This document shows positions 1 through 7,940 of a stretch of DNA of 20,000 bases, piece after piece. A program made the position numbers and the translations under genes. Source of the DNA: an uncultured virus (IMG/VR IMGVR_UViG_3300036766_000639) (Duplodnaviria > Heunggongvirae > Uroviricota > Caudoviricetes); the IMG/VR virus record IMGVR_UViG_3300036766_000639. One strand, given 5' to 3'. How positions within the stretch are numbered: the first letter of the stretch is position 1; each line of letters begins with the position of its first letter. The notes beneath the pieces are model-generated. The model saw only the letters and a program-made list of their open reading frames with translations. It did not search any database and was not told the origin of the DNA.

Positions 1-430
1 CGACGATTCGTTCCTTGCCAGGCGGCACATGCATGACTCGGCGCCAATCCTTGCCGCCCATGATCAGTGCAACATCCTTGCCCCGCACGATCGAGCGCGC
101 GAACTGCACGACCTCCGGGCTCTCGCCCCGGCCAGGCCGCGTCTCCAGGCCGATCAGCGTCGGTCCGAAAACCGTGTTCTCGGCGGTGAACACGACACCG
201 AGCCGGTCCGGCCGCTGGGCGCTGGTGCCAATGCCGACTTTCCATCCGCAGAAGTACGTCTTGCACTCCTCGGGTCGGCTCTCGTAGATGCCGCAGCACT
301 TGTTGCCCCGACGCAGGTGCTGGCACGGCACGTACCGCCCCTTCTCGACGCCCGGCACTGCGAGCACCGTGCAGCACGCCGAACAGTCGCCGCACGACCG
401 TTGCTTGATCTGTGGGAGCGACGTCTTCAT
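1..430 (-). CDS. YkgJ-like CxxCxxCC cysteine-cluster protein (3' end runs off the window)
   Basis: Not in the ORF track; translated by hand from ATG at 430: MKTSLPQIKQRSCGDCSACCTVLAVPGVEKGRYVPCQHLRRGNKCCGIYESRPEECKTYFCGW... The CxxCxxCC...C...CxIYxxRPxxC pattern is typical of the family. The frame stays open to position 1. Confidence 0.8.
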   Translation of the reverse strand, partial: MKTSLPQIKQRSCGDCSACCTVLAVPGVEKGRYVPCQHLRRGNKCCGIYESRPEECKTYFCGWKVGIGTSAQRPDRLGVVFTAENTVFGPTLIGLETRPGRGESPEVVQFARSIVRGKDVALIMGGKDWRRVMHVPPGKERIV

Positions 431-439
431 TCGCCGATG

Positions 440-467
440 AATCTACGCCATAGATTTAGTTTGTCAA
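440..467 (-). promoter_or_regulatory. sigma70-type promoter TTGACA-N16-TAGATT for the CxxCxxCC gene
   Basis: Perfect -35 at 462-467 and -10 TAGATT at 440-445. ATG lies 9 nt downstream of the -10 with no SD. Confidence 0.65.
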
Positions 468-472
468 GCGGC

Positions 473-748
473 TCACTTCACGAGCCGAAACGAACGCCTG
501 CGCGCCTCGACGTCTGACGAGGCTGCCAGGATCTGGTCGGACTCGAACTGCTCACGCATGTGCTGTTGAAATACGCTCTGCCCGTGTTTTTTCTGACAGT
601 CGGCCGAGCAGGCGTGCGCTCCCACCTTGCCGGGCTCCGGGTGGATGCTGTGGCGCTGCCATTTTTCCGGCACGCGCCAGATCCCCATGCGGAAGTCCCA
701 GACGGCGCTGGCCGTCAGCCCGCACTCATCGCATTGGACGAAAATCAC
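473..748 (-). CDS. small Cys-rich hypothetical protein (CxxC...CxxxC)
   Basis: 91-aa ORF with CDEC and CSADC motifs, packed between neighbouring minus-strand genes. Confidence 0.65.
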   Translation of the reverse strand: MIFVQCDECGLTASAVWDFRMGIWRVPEKWQRHSIHPEPGKVGAHACSADCQKKHGQSVFQQHMREQFESDQILAASSDVEARRRSFRLVK

Positions 749-757
749 CCGCCGAGA

Positions 758-964
758 CTACCGCCCTGGAGAGCTACCAATCAACCTCTCACAGGCTTCG
801 CAGAGCACATACGTCGGCATCATCGCTGGCACTCGGTTCCCGGCCTCGGCCTCGATCAGTGTCTCGGGGTTCGCCTCTCCGCACACGGCGTCGAACTCGT
901 CGCCCTTGTGCGCGACGTGCACGAGCACGCGCTCGCGCGGAACCACTCGCAGCCGAGCTGTCAC
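758..964 (-). CDS. small hypothetical protein, possible Zn-binding (H...C...CxxC)
   Basis: 68 aa. The GTG start overlaps the TGA stop of the Gp157 gene (GTGA at 961-964). Contains CEAC. Confidence 0.65.
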   Translation of the reverse strand: MTARLRVVPRERVLVHVAHKGDEFDAVCGEANPETLIEAEAGNRVPAMMPTYVLCEACERLIGSSPGR

Positions 965-1470
965 TTGATCACCAGCGTCTGATCGCCCAGCTCGATGTGC
1001 GCGCCCGGAACAACCTCGCCGCGGCCGTGGGCCGCCATGATGGCCGTCTTGTCCGGCGGTGGTCGCTTGGCCTCGGCGCGGTAGTCGTCCGGCACGGCGT
1101 CCTCGTTGTCGATGATGACCCGTTCCTTGGCCGCCGACAGATAAACCGTGAACAGCGGCGTCTTGATCTTGTCACGCTGGGCGATCTGCATGCTCTCGCG
1201 GACGTACTTGCGCAGCCGCTCCTTGTTGCCCTCGATGGACTTGCGCCGCTTGGCGATACGGACCTCCTCGGCCCGGAGCGCCTCCATGTCGGCATCCAAG
1301 TGCCTGATCACCTTGGCGCAGCCCTCGACCTTGTCGTCGATGGCGCCGCCAATCGCATTGAGAGCGGCGTCGAAATCCGAATCGACCTCGCCGGTTTCCT
1401 CGTCAACGTAATCGCGACTGTTGCTGAGGAGCTTCGCGTATTCACCTACCAACTCGTAGAGCTTCGCCAT
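961..1470 (-). CDS. Siphovirus Gp157-family protein
   Basis: Start reassigned to ATG 1470 (MAKLYELVGEY...) after a purine-rich SD (GGAGAAGAAG). The sequence DEETGEV...IDDKVEGCAKVIRHL...EEVRIAKRRKSIE...KIKTPLFTV...VPDDY...PDKTAI...VPGAHI...LVIK matches the Gp157 pattern. 169 aa. Confidence 0.9.
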   Translation of the reverse strand: MAKLYELVGEYAKLLSNSRDYVDEETGEVDSDFDAALNAIGGAIDDKVEGCAKVIRHLDADMEALRAEEVRIAKRRKSIEGNKERLRKYVRESMQIAQRDKIKTPLFTVYLSAAKERVIIDNEDAVPDDYRAEAKRPPPDKTAIMAAHGRGEVVPGAHIELGDQTLVIK

Positions 1471-1493
1471 GGTTCTTCTTCTCCGTTCTGGTT

Positions 1494-1949
1494 CTACTTC
1501 TGTGCTGCCCACGCGCCGACCGGCACCGTGAGTGCCGTCGCGGGATCCAACCCCAACTGAAGCCGCCGGTAGAGCGTACTTCGTCCCATGCCGATCCGCC
1601 GGGCATGCTCCAGCGGGGTTGCCTTGATGCCGTCCAGCTCGACCCGAAGGGCCTGCCCACGATACCTGGCCAGATACCGACACCTCGATGAGCAGTACAG
1701 GCGGCCAGGGAGCGATGCTCCACCGCACACGCCGCACTCGGCCGGGCCGTATCGCTCCAGGCGAGACATGAGCCGCCCGCCACCGGCCAGGCGCTCGCGC
1801 AACGTCAGCACATGAACATCAGGGTCACTGTCCGGCGACCGGTCTTCCTCGTATGCATCAAGGCACGCGCGACAGTAGATGCAACCGGCAGCAGCAATCT
1901 GGCCGCATCCGGCGCTGCATGGCACACCCTGTGGAAATCTGGCGATCAC
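1494..1949 (-). CDS. Zn-finger plus C-terminal HTH DNA-binding protein
   Basis: Two Cys clusters (CSAGC...YCRAC; CGVC...YCSSRC) followed by an HTH-like segment EHARRIGMGRSTLYRRLQLG. An alternative start is ATG at 1769. Confidence 0.6.
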   Translation of the reverse strand: MIARFPQGVPCSAGCGQIAAAGCIYCRACLDAYEEDRSPDSDPDVHVLTLRERLAGGGRLMSRLERYGPAECGVCGGASLPGRLYCSSRCRYLARYRGQALRVELDGIKATPLEHARRIGMGRSTLYRRLQLGLDPATALTVPVGAWAAQK

Positions 1950-1956
1950 TCACCGG

Positions 1957-1984
1957 ACATTACCCGGTCACCTGCGATTGTCAA
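1957..1984 (-). promoter_or_regulatory. sigma70-type promoter TTGACA-N16-TAATGT at the head of the early-type block
   Basis: -35 at 1979-1984 preceded by a T-tract, and -10 at 1957-1962. The GTG at 1949 lies 7 nt after the -10. Confidence 0.65.
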
Positions 1985-2025
1985 AAAACTTGAAAGTCAG
2001 GGATCGGGGTCGCTTCCGTTGATCT

Positions 2026-3222
2026 TCAGGCGTCCCACCCGCCGACCTGCACGTCAACAACGTCCCACCCGCCGATGATGGCAGAGTCTAGCAGTCTTCC
2101 GGAAAAGGCTTCATACGAAAGCCCCTTGCCTGGCTCGCTCTTGTGAGCTTTGACCTTGATCATGCTGCCTGATCTCATGTACTTGCCGTTCTTGCCTACG
2201 ATGCTGAGCGCATAGATGCTCTGCTCCGCGGTCTTGCCGCCGCTCCCTTCCAGCATCCTGAGCATGACCGCGAGCACCTGTGGCGTGGTCATCTCAGCCA
2301 GGCGCTGGCGGTTGCTCTCGTTGAGATTGTCGTGCATCGCGACGGCCGCCTCGGCCGTGTAGTGGTCCACGTAGACCCCGTGGACCTTCATCGGCGTCTC
2401 GCCCTCGGCCACGACGCGCAGCTTGTCGATCACGGTCGTGCCGTGCGCCTCGTCGAGCATCATGTCGAAGCGCTCAACCGTCATGCTCTCGCCAACGATG
2501 AACGGCAGCGTCGGGTCATGGCCGACGATCTGGATCGTGTCGGCCATCTCGTAGTCGCCGGGAACGGTGGACGACGGGAACGTGAACATGCCCGTGTGCG
2601 GGTTGTACTTGAGCACCTGCGTGCCGACGAGCGAGATGTGTCCATCCGGGTTCTTGAGCATCCCATGGGGCTGGCTCACGACTGCGTCGCCGAAGTCCTT
2701 GCCGCCGCGGCCTGAGAAGTCGCCTGGTGACTTCACCGATTTCGGAGCTGGCGAGAAGTCACCGTAGAGCGACCTCGCGATGGCCTCGGGCTGCATCAGC
2801 GCCGAGTCGCCGCTCTTGCCGATGATACGGAAGACCTGCTGGGTCAGCTGGATCTTGTCGCCAGGCTTGATCGAGCCCATGGCGCTCACGAACTGGTCTT
2901 CCTCGGTCACCCGGCCACCGGTGCCTGCCACGGCGTCGAGGTGTGCGAGCGCCGCGTCCACGGTCTCGCTGAGCCTGCTCAGCGCCTCACGCGGGGAGCC
3001 GCGCAAGACGTCAAGCGCGTTGGTGCCGCGTGTGACTTTCTCGGCCGCCTCGGCCAGCGCCGTAATCACAGCGTCTGTCTGGGACCGGAGCGCCGTGCCG
3101 AACGCTCGATGCATTCTGACCATCTCGACGGCTTCCTTGAGCGAGTCGGACTCAGGCGCGGGCTTGCCCGGACGACCTTCGGCCAAGATTCCACGCACTT
3201 CGTCTGCTACCGACTGAGCCAT
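2026..3222 (-). CDS. multi-module putative internal head/prohead-core-type protein (398 aa)
   Basis: Start reassigned to ATG 3222 (SD GGAGGA, MAQSVADEVRGILAE). Has several [LIV]-x-E acidic junctions (ILAE, SLKE, VTEE, IVGE, MLDE). The segment KVHGVYVDHYTAEAAVAMHDNLNESNRQRL recalls a module I associate with T4-like head proteins (from memory, unverified). Confidence 0.6.
   Translation of the reverse strand: MAQSVADEVRGILAEGRPGKPAPESDSLKEAVEMVRMHRAFGTALRSQTDAVITALAEAAEKVTRGTNALDVLRGSPREALSRLSETVDAALAHLDAVAGTGGRVTEEDQFVSAMGSIKPGDKIQLTQQVFRIIGKSGDSALMQPEAIARSLYGDFSPAPKSVKSPGDFSGRGGKDFGDAVVSQPHGMLKNPDGHISLVGTQVLKYNPHTGMFTFPSSTVPGDYEMADTIQIVGHDPTLPFIVGESMTVERFDMMLDEAHGTTVIDKLRVVAEGETPMKVHGVYVDHYTAEAAVAMHDNLNESNRQRLAEMTTPQVLAVMLRMLEGSGGKTAEQSIYALSIVGKNGKYMRSGSMIKVKAHKSEPGKGLSYEAFSGRLLDSAIIGGWDVVDVQVGGWDA
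2031..2075. repeat. 15-bp exact direct repeat CGTCCCACCCGCCGA x2 (period 30)
   Basis: Copies at 2031-2045 and 2061-2075 encode GGWD twice at the C-terminus of the 398-aa protein. Confidence 0.85.
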
Positions 3223-3253
3223 AAGATCCTCCGCTTGAGCTGGTGCGAGTCTA

Positions 3254-6253
3254 CTACAGAAGCGCGTGTCCGAGCGCGCCAGCAAACCCGGAATCCTCCG
3301 CCTTGGCACTCTTGCCGCCGGTGATCTCCGCGTCCTCTGGATGCACGGTCTGCAAACCGGCCTTGTCCCACTTGACCTTGACCGCTCCGCTTCCCTTCTT
3401 GGGGTTGTCTGACGGCCAGCGCCCGTACTCGTTGCTGACGACCGTTCCCATCTCACCCTTCTTCGGGTGGTACTCGCGGTACATGCTCGCCCTCATCGCG
3501 GCGGGGCTGAACTTCACGCGCGATCCTGCGTGGAATGACGGCTTAGCCATCTCGGTCGCCTCGTCCAGATCGATATCCTCGTTGGACTTCTGCACCGTGA
3601 TCTTCGGCAGCTTGCCGCTGGAGACGAAGGCGTCGATCTGCTTCACCAGCTTCGTGACCGGCGGGAAGCCGTCGTTGAACCGCTTGCTGAGAGACCACTT
3701 GAGCTTCTCCATGGCCTCCGACGAGTCGCTGCCTTCGACGTCCTTGACGTCGTCTCGGACCTTGCCCAGGGCGCCAAGCAAGAGACTGAGCCGGTGGATG
3801 TTGCCGCGGCCGCCGCGCTTGGTTTCACCGGCGATCTGCTTCTTGTCGTACTGCGTGAGGTGGCTCGACAGGATTGTCAGAAAGGTTCCGACCTTGCCGT
3901 TCGTGGCCTCTGTCAGGTTGGCGCCGTCGCCGTCGAGACTGTCCTCTTTGACAGCACGTAACGGCTTCATCTCGTAACTGAAGTCGTCCGGCTTGCCGCC
4001 ACTCTTGGCGATGATGCCCTTGGCCTGCTTCACGGCGTCGTCCTCATCACGAGCTGTGACCGTGTGAACCGGAAGCTTCTTGCCGGACTTGAGGTTGGTG
4101 GCCCATCCAGAGAACTTTTTGCCGCCGCCCTCGCTGAGCTTGTACTTATTGATCGCAGCCACGACCGCGGCCTCGATGTCTTCACCGGACGCGGCCGCAT
4201 CGGCGCCAGCCTTGTGGATCTTGCCGAGGTCCATGATGTGGAACTGGATGTTGTTGCCGTGCTGCTTGAACAGCCGGTTGATCTCGGCATCGAGCTTCTT
4301 GCCCTTGAGTTTGGCAGCCTCATCCAGCTCGCCGATGCCAGAGGCCAGAGCGTCGCCAAGGCTCTCCGCCTTGCCCTTCTCTACCTTCGCGGCGGCAGAG
4401 CGCGCCTGCTCGGCCGAGTCGAACGGACCGGCGACCTTCTTCCAGCCGTCAGCTTTCCTCTGGAAGACGTTGAACTTGCCGTCTTTGGCTGGCATCACGT
4501 CCGTGTCGCCGATCTTGTTCTCGCCGGAGCCCTGCGGATCGAGACCGCCCTCGTCGAGCGACTCCTTGACAAGCTCGCTGCGCTTCTTCTTCTCCATCGC
4601 CGCGATCAGTTCCTTGACGAGCTTGCCGCCCTTGTCGTCGTAGACCTTGTGCGACCGACCGCTCATGCCAGGAAAGTCCTTGCCGCGCATGCGATCGAAG
4701 TCGATGCGGCCAGCCGGGCCAGACAGCTCGAACTCGCCCATGCCCATGTGCTTCAGCTCCATCCCCTTGATGATGGCGTCCGGTTGCCAGGTGTGACCCA
4801 GGAACGCGGTGTCCACGAAGTAGCTCTTGCCGTCGAAGAAGTGGTGGCCGTTCTGCTCCTCGGTGAGCGCGCCCTCCATGACGAGCGCAACCTCGAAGGC
4901 GTCATCGGCGGACTCGGCAGAGACCTTCTTGGCAACGGACTCGTTGATAACGAGCCGCTCGTACAGCTCGGCCGCTTCGCGCCCTGCCTCGTCGAGGTCG
5001 CCGCCGCTGAGCATCTTGTCGTATGCCTCGGCCATGCTGACGCGCTCGTCCGGGGCGATATCGTGGATCGACTCGCGCCCTGGAACGGCGTCGTAGACAC
5101 TCGTGAACTTCTCCTCAGCCGTGTACTGAGTCGGCTTCAACACCTTGGCTACGCCCAGCGGATCGACCGTCTCAGGCTTCGCCGTTTTGTTGTCGCGAAC
5201 GACGTCGTCGATGATCGCGGCGACTGCCGCGTTCACGTTCACCGTGGTCTCGCCCGGCTTGTCCGGCGGCAGCGCGTATGCCGGTTCGTATCCAGCGTCG
5301 CCCGGATCAGCATGAGCATCCACGCTCACGGCGGACTCGCGGCCCTCGCCGACCCAGCCCATCGCCTTGAGCTTGGCACGCGACGGATTGTGAAACGCGG
5401 CGTCCATGACCTGGTAGCCGGTCTTCTTCTCGCCGCCCATTTTGTCGAGCGCAGCGTCGGCCGTCTTCGATCCGGTGAAGATGTCGTTGCCGACAGCCTT
5501 GCCGGTCTTCTTGTCGATGATGACGAACCACTGGCCGGAACGAGATGACTCGCCCATTGCTGACGACAGGTCGCCGCTGAGGCCCTCGCTCTTGGTCTTC
5601 TTGGCGCGCGACTTCTCGCAGTCGTCGCATCCACAGTCCTCCGGCTCGCCGCCGCATCCGCAGTCGCCCTTGGCTTCTTCCTTCTTGCGGACGGGCTTGT
5701 CGCCCTTGACCTTGTAGTGCGACTCGTCGCCCTTGCCCTTCATCCACCAGGCCAGCGCCCAAGGGTTTTCAATGTCCTTGTGCTTCTTCTTCATCGCGAG
5801 GACCGTGCCCTCAAACCCTGGCGGGGATACTTCGCCGAGGTTCGCGCTCACGGCATCGCTCGACGCGGCCATTGGCTCGCGATCGCCGACGTAGTGCGGA
5901 GCCCGCGTCGAAGTGGCCCGCTGCGTGATGCTCCTGATCGCGTAGTCCACGATCTGCTTCTGCTCGCGAGCGTCCAGCTCCATTCCCTTGGCCGCCTTTT
6001 CCAGGGCTGCACGAAATCGCTTCTGGTCGTGATCCGAAAGGCTGCCGAAACCGCCACCGCCACCGCCTCCCTGGCCGCCCTTGCTTATGGCGGCCCGGTA
6101 GAGCTTCACACCCTCCCCTTCGAGTGCGCCGAACAGCTCGACGACGTCCAGTGGCAACTTGTCGAGCGTTCGCTCGTCGAGTTCGTTGTCCTCGACCAGG
6201 GCTTCGAGGACCCGCGCTTCGATTACGCTCGCCATATACTCGGTCATCATCAT
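3254..6253 (-). CDS. large Lys/Glu-rich polyprotein-like putative internal head protein (~999 aa)
   Basis: Start reassigned to ATG 6253 (ATGA overlap with the stop at 6250-6252). Small basic domains are separated by acidic LDEA/LDEG/LTEA/LSEG linkers. Includes a PPGFEGTVLAMKKKHKDIENPWALAWWMK module and a C-terminal SH3-like module. Ends in a double TAG stop. Confidence 0.75.
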   Translation of the reverse strand: MMMTEYMASVIEARVLEALVEDNELDERTLDKLPLDVVELFGALEGEGVKLYRAAISKGGQGGGGGGGFGSLSDHDQKRFRAALEKAAKGMELDAREQKQIVDYAIRSITQRATSTRAPHYVGDREPMAASSDAVSANLGEVSPPGFEGTVLAMKKKHKDIENPWALAWWMKGKGDESHYKVKGDKPVRKKEEAKGDCGCGGEPEDCGCDDCEKSRAKKTKSEGLSGDLSSAMGESSRSGQWFVIIDKKTGKAVGNDIFTGSKTADAALDKMGGEKKTGYQVMDAAFHNPSRAKLKAMGWVGEGRESAVSVDAHADPGDAGYEPAYALPPDKPGETTVNVNAAVAAIIDDVVRDNKTAKPETVDPLGVAKVLKPTQYTAEEKFTSVYDAVPGRESIHDIAPDERVSMAEAYDKMLSGGDLDEAGREAAELYERLVINESVAKKVSAESADDAFEVALVMEGALTEEQNGHHFFDGKSYFVDTAFLGHTWQPDAIIKGMELKHMGMGEFELSGPAGRIDFDRMRGKDFPGMSGRSHKVYDDKGGKLVKELIAAMEKKKRSELVKESLDEGGLDPQGSGENKIGDTDVMPAKDGKFNVFQRKADGWKKVAGPFDSAEQARSAAAKVEKGKAESLGDALASGIGELDEAAKLKGKKLDAEINRLFKQHGNNIQFHIMDLGKIHKAGADAAASGEDIEAAVVAAINKYKLSEGGGKKFSGWATNLKSGKKLPVHTVTARDEDDAVKQAKGIIAKSGGKPDDFSYEMKPLRAVKEDSLDGDGANLTEATNGKVGTFLTILSSHLTQYDKKQIAGETKRGGRGNIHRLSLLLGALGKVRDDVKDVEGSDSSEAMEKLKWSLSKRFNDGFPPVTKLVKQIDAFVSSGKLPKITVQKSNEDIDLDEATEMAKPSFHAGSRVKFSPAAMRASMYREYHPKKGEMGTVVSNEYGRWPSDNPKKGSGAVKVKWDKAGLQTVHPEDAEITGGKSAKAEDSGFAGALGHALL

Positions 6254-6753
6254 GGGCTGCCTACCAGATTCTCCGTGCCTTGCACGGCTGCGACGATACT
6301 CACAGTGAGCACTGCTCCGACCACAAAACCACCGATCAGCGCGAGATGCGGAGCATTTCGATCGAACCAAGAACGCTCAGCGGCCGTCCATGCACGCTTC
6401 GTCTCGGCTTCGGACGCGATCAGGTAGCTCTCATAAATTTCGCGCTCGCGACCCCAGGTGTTGAGGTCCACTTCGTAGAGCCGACGCAGCTCATCGTACG
6501 AGACGATGTACCGGGCGGACCGCATGGCCTTCTCCTGCGACATGAGGATGCCAGACCTGCCGTCGGGCACGGTCTCGCCCGCCTCCATCGGGATGACCCA
6601 GCTGGCCGCGGACGGAATGGCATCAGCGTCAGGCCGCTCCGGCAACTTGGCTGCCACCAGCGGTGACGGGAGCGTGCGCTTCTCGGGCGATGCAGCTGTA
6701 GTGGCCGAACAAGCGACCGCCAGGACCAGCAGCATCGGCAATACAAGGCGCAT
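6250..6753 (-). CDS. lipoprotein with coiled coil and C-terminal TM helix (spanin-like)
   Basis: Start ATG 6753: MRLVLPMLLVLAVA-C lipobox, a helical middle region, and a C-terminal hydrophobic segment LALIGGFVVGAVLTVSIVAAV. 167 aa. Confidence 0.65.
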   Translation of the reverse strand: MRLVLPMLLVLAVACSATTAASPEKRTLPSPLVAAKLPERPDADAIPSAASWVIPMEAGETVPDGRSGILMSQEKAMRSARYIVSYDELRRLYEVDLNTWGREREIYESYLIASEAETKRAWTAAERSWFDRNAPHLALIGGFVVGAVLTVSIVAAVQGTENLVGSP

Positions 6754-6777
6754 GCGTCTCTCTTTGAAAGTCCGCCG

Positions 6778-6823
6778 CGCCAGCGCCCCGAACACTTTAG
6801 GAGGGTCCGGTGGGGCGCTGGCG
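6778..6823. repeat. intergenic 12-bp perfect inverted repeat (CGCCAGCGCCCC / GGGGCGCTGGCG, 22-nt loop)
   Basis: Arms at 6778-6789 and 6812-6823, between the 85-aa gene and the lipoprotein gene. No adjacent U-tract. Confidence 0.8.
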
Positions 6824-6848
6824 GGCAGATTTGGTCGTCAGTCGATGC

Positions 6849-7106
6849 TCAGGCTTCGTTGGCCTCGTCGAGGATGTTCTCATCGTTCGCATCGACGGCG
6901 ATGCTCATCGTGATCGCACCCTGCTGCTTGAGCAGGTTCAGGCGCTTGTACGCCGGGTCGCCCTGGTCCTCGCCATGCGTCAGGTCGCGCATGGACACGC
7001 CCAGGATCGCGTCGTCGCCTGGGCTGCCGTTTGCCGCGAGTGTCTTGTTGATCGGAAACCCGATCTCCAGCGGGGCAGCTGTCTGATTCTCAACAGTGAT
7101 GATCAT
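6849..7106 (-). CDS. small acidic hypothetical protein, possibly virion structural (85 aa)
   Basis: Strong SD GGAGGA before ATG 7106 and typical codon usage. Confidence 0.75.
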   Translation of the reverse strand: MIITVENQTAAPLEIGFPINKTLAANGSPGDDAILGVSMRDLTHGEDQGDPAYKRLNLLKQQGAITMSIAVDANDENILDEANEA

Positions 7107-7232
7107 GTCGTTTTCCTCCAGAGAAAGACTGGTGGGGGCCTAATCCACCCAAAGCCAGAACGCTACCACATGGCCCGCCGACCAAGAAGTTTTCGACGCG
7201 CGTGGTACTCTGAAGATCAACCGGAGGTTCTC

Positions 7233-7649
7233 ATGGACGAAGCTGTCACCACCCTGCTCAGTACGGGCGCCCTCATCCTTGGCCTGACTGCCTTTATCGG
7301 CACCTTTATCATCCGCCGCATCGTCGAAACGGCGGTCCCGACTGCGCGCAAGCAGGCAGACGCCAACGCTCCCGGCGCCACGTATTCGACCCCGTTCTCC
7401 CGCTGGTGGAACGAGGTCATCCTGTACGCCATGCCAGCCATCATCGGCGGCAGCTGCGGAGCCGTGAACCTCGGGGAAGCACTGAACAGCGACGCTGGCA
7501 AGACCCTCTGGGGCAGGATGTTCTTCGGCATGATCGTCGGCTTCTTCTCGGGCTTCATCTACAAGGTAGCCCGCAAGCTCCTCAAGAAGACCACCGGCGT
7601 GGATCTCGAACCGGAGCGCGGCGGAAGCATCGAGCCGCCGACTCCGTGA
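7233..7649 (+). CDS. holin-like membrane protein with 3 hydrophobic segments (138 aa)
   Basis: Start reassigned to ATG 7233 (SD GGAGG at 7223-7227). TM candidates are ALILGLTAFIGTFII, VILYAMPAIIGGSCGAV and MFFGMIVGFFSGFIY, followed by a basic tail KVARKLLKK. This is the only credible plus-strand gene. Confidence 0.65.
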   Translation: MDEAVTTLLSTGALILGLTAFIGTFIIRRIVETAVPTARKQADANAPGATYSTPFSRWWNEVILYAMPAIIGGSCGAVNLGEALNSDAGKTLWGRMFFGMIVGFFSGFIYKVARKLLKKTTGVDLEPERGGSIEPPTP

Positions 7650-7662
7650 CTTTGTTGCGCGC

Positions 7663-7890
7663 CTAGCCCTCTTTCTTCCTGGGCACGTATATGTGGACGA
7701 CGTCGTCGCTCGTCTTCTCATGATCGGCCTTTGCCGCCTCGGCCGCCTCGCGCGTTAGGTAGTGGCCAATCAGGTACAATTCGTCGCCGTCTTCCTCGAA
7801 TGAGTCCACGCCGACGACGTTGAACCCCTCGTCTGGAATGAACCGATCCATGGCTCTGACTCGCGTCATCACCGTGTCCATGAAGCTCAT
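7663..7890 (-). CDS. small acidic protein downstream of the SAS (candidate antitoxin/partner, 75 aa)
   Basis: Start reassigned to ATG 7890 (MSFMDTVMTRV...FNVVGVDSFEEDGDELYLIGHY...), downstream of its own promoter. Confidence 0.7.
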   Translation of the reverse strand: MSFMDTVMTRVRAMDRFIPDEGFNVVGVDSFEEDGDELYLIGHYLTREAAEAAKADHEKTSDDVVHIYVPRKKEG

Positions 7891-7911
7891 ATTTACCTGC
7901 CTTTCGCCTAC

Positions 7912-7940
7912 AAGGTAATAGCCTGACAACCGTTTGTCAA
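7912..7940 (-). promoter_or_regulatory. sigma70-type promoter TTGACA-N17-TACCTT with an overlapping dyad TGACAA-N4-TTGTCA
   Basis: -35 at 7935-7940, -10 at 7912-7917 and dyad at 7924-7939, all within the 55-bp gap after the SAS stop. Confidence 0.65.

Noticed and set aside
2031..2075. 15-bp direct repeat as a CRISPR remnant or att site
   Set aside because: There are only two copies, in frame inside a CDS with a 15-bp spacer. It is best explained as a small intragenic duplication.
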